Assembly (NCBI GenBank): GCA_009927275.1
Contig: RFNG01000086.1
Coordinates: 337 to 64,336, forward strand
Direction of reading: 5' to 3'
DNA: 64,000 nucleotides
From: Sphingobacteriia bacterium
GTDB lineage: Bacteria; Bacteroidota; Bacteroidia; B-17B0; Aurantibacillaceae
The position numbers and the translations under genes are program-made. Below, one piece after another: positions 61,017 through 64,000 of the stretch. The notes below the pieces were generated by a model that saw nothing but the letters and a program-made list of their open reading frames with translations, ran no database searches and was not told the DNA's origin. Numbering within the stretch: the stretch's first letter is position 1; each line of letters opens with the position of its first letter.

Positions 61017-61802
61017 TTAAAGATTAATAAAGCCTGAAAATACCCATTTTGCCGGGCCTGACAATTCAATTGCATCGTAGCCTTCATTTGTTTTTTGTGC
61101 GCTAACATACAAAGTCCCCCCTCTTGTATTAACCTGAATTCGATGGGTTTGTAATGTTGCTGAATTTTTATGCATTACAGCTAATGCCGAAGCGGTAACA
61201 CCTGTACCACAGGATAACGTTTCAGCCTCTACACCCCTTTCGTAAGTACGTACAAAAATGTCTCCATTGGTATGTGAAACAAAATTAACATTAATCCCCT
61301 CGTTTAAATACTTTGGGCTGTTTCGTATCTGTAGACCTTTATCAAACACCTCATATTGATGTATGTTTTCAACAAAAACAATTAAATGAGGTGAACCCGT
61401 ATTAAGTTCGTAACCCAAATCGGTTTTTAAAATACGCTGTACCGGTTGCATAGAAATTGCTATACAATCGGTTTCCGTAGTGTATTGAGCCCTGTGCAAT
61501 CCGTCCGCTGCATGCAGTACAGCCGAGTGCTTAACCCAATGCTGCGATTGCGCGTAGCGAAATGCAGCACGTGCGCCGTTACCACAAAAGGAACCAGGAT
61601 GTCCATCGGCATTAAAATAATCCATTTTTAAAACCTCATCCTCCAGTTGGGTTAACACTATAAATCCATCCGCACCAATTCCAAAATACCTGTTGCAACA
61701 CGCTTGTATTTGTTGCGATTCGATACCCTGTAGGAGATTTGAACCATCAACAATTATAAAATCATTTCCACAAGCTTGGTATTTATCAAAAGCCAATTGC
61801 AT
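61017..61802 (-). CDS. dapF: Diaminopimelate epimerase
   Basis: KYQACGNDF, GIGADG, FNADG...FCGNG, NTGSPH, RTYERGVEAETLSCGTG. Confidence 0.96.
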   Translation of the reverse strand: MQLAFDKYQACGNDFIIVDGSNLLQGIESQQIQACCNRYFGIGADGFIVLTQLEDEVLKMDYFNADGHPGSFCGNGARAAFRYAQSQHWVKHSAVLHAADGLHRAQYTTETDCIAISMQPVQRILKTDLGYELNTGSPHLIVFVENIHQYEVFDKGLQIRNSPKYLNEGINVNFVSHTNGDIFVRTYERGVEAETLSCGTGVTASALAVMHKNSATLQTHRIQVNTRGGTLYVSAQKTNEGYDAIELSGPAKWVFSGFINL

Positions 61803-61881
61803 CTGTAAACGTTTTATTCAATTTTATAATTTTTTAAAATTAAGGAATGTTAAATTAGAATATACCATTTGTTTCAAAAAT

Positions 61882-61889
61882 TACTTTTG
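61882..61889 (+). promoter_or_regulatory. -7 promoter element for the HtrA gene
   Basis: TACTTTTG lies only 4 nt before ATG 61894, implying a very short leader if real. Confidence 0.4.
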
Positions 61890-61893
61890 TTTT

Positions 61894-63342
61894 ATGAAAA
61901 CAAAATTTTTAATAAGCGTTTTTTTTGTAGCACTTATAGGTAGTTTATCTGCTTTGTGGATACATACCCATTGGATGGCGGAACATTCAACAATCAAAAG
62001 TCAAGTACTATCGGATACCCCTACTTCAAAGCTGGTTGGACTTACCAAAAGTACTGAAGATCCTGCGCATTTCAGCGCTGCTGCTGAAAAAGCCCTACCC
62101 TGCGTGGTGCATATTAAAACAACAAGCACTGCTAATAATTTATCGTATGACCCATTTACTGAGTTTTTCTTTGGGTATCACGGTAAACCCGCACCCCAAA
62201 TTCAGCAGGGCAGCGGCAGTGGTGTAATTATAAGTGCTGACGGTTATGTTGTTACCAATAACCATGTTATAAATGGATCAGATAAAATTGAAGTTACACT
62301 TAATGATAAACGACATTTTGAAGCTGAAGTTATTGGTGTGGATGCCAGTACCGATATAGCACTTTTAAAATTAAAAGCTCAGGATTTACCATTTATTATT
62401 TACGGCAACAGTGATGCAGTTCGTATTGGTGAATGGGTTTTGGCTGTTGGAAATCCATTTAATTTATACAATACGGTTACGGCCGGTATTATCAGTGCAA
62501 AAGGACGAAATAATATTATTAATTCCAGTCAGCGCGCTATAGAATCATTTATACAAACAGATGCGGCCGTTAATCCCGGTAATAGTGGCGGTGCACTGGT
62601 AAATTTAAATGGCGAACTTATTGGCATTAATACCGCAATTGCTTCTAATAATGGAGCTTATCAGGGTTATGCGTTTGCCGTTCCTGTAAATATTGTAAAA
62701 AAAATTGTTCGTGACCTTGCTGAATTTGGAACGGTTCAACGCGCTTACCTTGGCATAAACATTCAAGACATAGACGCCAAATTTGCCGAAGACAAAAATT
62801 TAAGCCGTTTAAAAGGTATTTATGTTAACGGATTAATTCAGGGTGGTAGCGCAGATGTTTCAGGTATTCAAGCCGGTGATGTTATAATCCGAATTGAAGA
62901 TGCGGAAGTAAATACGGTTAGCGAACTTCAAGAACAAATCAGCCGGTACCGACCCGGAGATGCCGTTAAAGTTAGTTTGGTAAGAGGAAAAAAAGAAATA
63001 CAAATATCGGTTACATTAAAGACGCTTGATAATACCACAAAGCTCTCAAAAACCAGCAGTTCAAAAGCTGTATTTGATGAACTTGGAATTGAATGTCAGG
63101 AATTAGACACTGAAACCCTTAAAGCTATGCAATTGCAAAATGGTGTACAGGTTTACAAACTTAAACCGGGTAAATTAACCCAAATTGGAATTCAAAAAGG
63201 CTTTGTCATTACAGCCATTGATCGTAAAAAAATTGAATCGCTGGAGGATTTAAAATCCGCCCTGCAATTTAAAAAGGGAATGATAACCCTTGAAGGGGCC
63301 TATCCCAATGGTATGCGCGCCACGTATAGCTTTCCGCTATAA
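61894..63342 (+). CDS. Do/HtrA (DegP/DegQ) serine protease with two PDZ domains
   Basis: Start reassigned to ATG 61894 (MKTKFLISVFF). GSGSGVI, VTNNHV, TDIALLK, IQTDAAVNPGNSGG. Confidence 0.95.
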   Translation: MKTKFLISVFFVALIGSLSALWIHTHWMAEHSTIKSQVLSDTPTSKLVGLTKSTEDPAHFSAAAEKALPCVVHIKTTSTANNLSYDPFTEFFFGYHGKPAPQIQQGSGSGVIISADGYVVTNNHVINGSDKIEVTLNDKRHFEAEVIGVDASTDIALLKLKAQDLPFIIYGNSDAVRIGEWVLAVGNPFNLYNTVTAGIISAKGRNNIINSSQRAIESFIQTDAAVNPGNSGGALVNLNGELIGINTAIASNNGAYQGYAFAVPVNIVKKIVRDLAEFGTVQRAYLGINIQDIDAKFAEDKNLSRLKGIYVNGLIQGGSADVSGIQAGDVIIRIEDAEVNTVSELQEQISRYRPGDAVKVSLVRGKKEIQISVTLKTLDNTTKLSKTSSSKAVFDELGIECQELDTETLKAMQLQNGVQVYKLKPGKLTQIGIQKGFVITAIDRKKIESLEDLKSALQFKKGMITLEGAYPNGMRATYSFPL

Positions 63343-63830
63343 TGATGCAACCAAAATACGATGCAAGCCTGTTGTTTGTTTGCTTAGGTAATATTTGCCG
63401 ATCCCCCGTTGCTGAGGCCGTTTGTCGGCAATATGTAACGCGCATGAATTTAAATATCCGTTGTGATTCTGCCGGCTTACACGATTATCACAAAGGTGCA
63501 TTACCCGACTCCAGAACGCTTAAAAATGCTGCTCTACATCAATTAGACATGTCGGGGATACGGTCTCGAAAAATTACAGTTAATGACGGGAACCAATGGG
63601 ATTATATAATTGCCATGGACCATTCCGTATATGAGCAACTAAAAACACAATTTCCCGCACAAGCGCAACCCAATGTGCTTTATGAGTTTATGGCATTTAA
63701 CCCGCAAGCCCAATGGTTAGAAGTACCTGATCCGTATTACGGTACGGCCAAGGATTTTGAACTTGTCTATGAGTTGTGTGTATCTACAATGCCATGGATC
63801 GTACAAAAAGTAAAATCGGCTATGTTATAA
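63342..63830 (+). CDS. Low-molecular-weight protein tyrosine phosphatase
   Basis: FVCLGNICRSP, DSAG, VPDPYYG; TAATG overlap with the upstream gene. Confidence 0.93.
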   Translation: MMQPKYDASLLFVCLGNICRSPVAEAVCRQYVTRMNLNIRCDSAGLHDYHKGALPDSRTLKNAALHQLDMSGIRSRKITVNDGNQWDYIIAMDHSVYEQLKTQFPAQAQPNVLYEFMAFNPQAQWLEVPDPYYGTAKDFELVYELCVSTMPWIVQKVKSAML

Positions 63831-63859
63831 ATCCGTAAATTTAGATTTTTATATATTAT

Positions 63860-64000
63860 ATGATGCCCTACGCTTCGATTACTGAATTTATGACCCGGCA
63901 TTACCGGCATTTTAATGCTGCCGCCATGTTGGATGCTTCCAAAGCATATGTTGAACATATAAATGCCGGCGGAAAAATGATGATAACCCTGGCTGGTGCC
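63860..64000 (+). CDS. 3'-truncated deoxyhypusine synthase family protein (not in the ORF track)
   Basis: Translates as MMPYASITEFMTRHYRHFNAAAMLDASKAYVEHINAGGKMMITLAGA, matching the N-terminus (F..HY.HFNAA...TLAGA) of bacterial DHS-like proteins. Confidence 0.85.
   Translation, partial: MMPYASITEFMTRHYRHFNAAAMLDASKAYVEHINAGGKMMITLAGA

Noticed and set aside
61693-61893. N-terminal extension of the HtrA ORF in the track
   Set aside because: It overlaps dapF on the opposite strand; the signal/TM segment and a TAnnTTTG element point to ATG 61894.
50-63958. Dozens of short (60-170 aa) ORFs antisense to or nested in long genes, e.g. 50..235, 560..862, 7552..7800, 23363..23746, 53127..53627, 55651..56016
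   Set aside because: No recognisable motifs, fully overlapped by well-supported genes, and consistent with shadow ORFs.
1-64000. Mobile elements, prophage or defence systems
   Set aside because: No integrase, transposase, phage structural, restriction-modification or toxin-antitoxin motifs were recognised.

Overview
Gene-dense, AT-rich chromosomal window from a Bacteroidota bacterium. Supporting markers are sprA, gldA, a T9SS type-B cargo, a PorE-like protein, TAnnTTTG promoters, signal peptides ending in Gln, and the maeB-ruvA-sprA-gcvH and dapF-GNAT-mltG gene orders. About 47 protein-coding genes are present. I saw no rRNA, tRNA, CRISPR array or transposase. Most genes are housekeeping or envelope genes. 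Eight single-base frameshifts in short homopolymers break seven otherwise intact genes (bshC, maeB, a DUF3050 gene, asnB, a cytochrome c peroxidase, mltG, a multiheme cytochrome), which points to long-read consensus errors rather than true pseudogenes. The standout feature is the first 6.6 kb, a tightly coupled operon that looks like an atypical chaperone-usher-type fibre system: two paralogous secreted pilin-like subunits separated by a perfect hairpin, a ~1000-aa usher-like outer-membrane protein, a four-domain FKBP isomerase and a PapD/DUF916-like chaperone. Secondary candidates are a YfiR-TPR-HAMP/PP2C signalling module, a TMTC-like GT-C glycosyltransferase with an inserted Ca-binding loop domain, and a 7-heme cytochrome c-TPR gene inside the dapF-GNAT-mltG cluster. 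All family assignments come from recognising motifs by eye; no database search was run.
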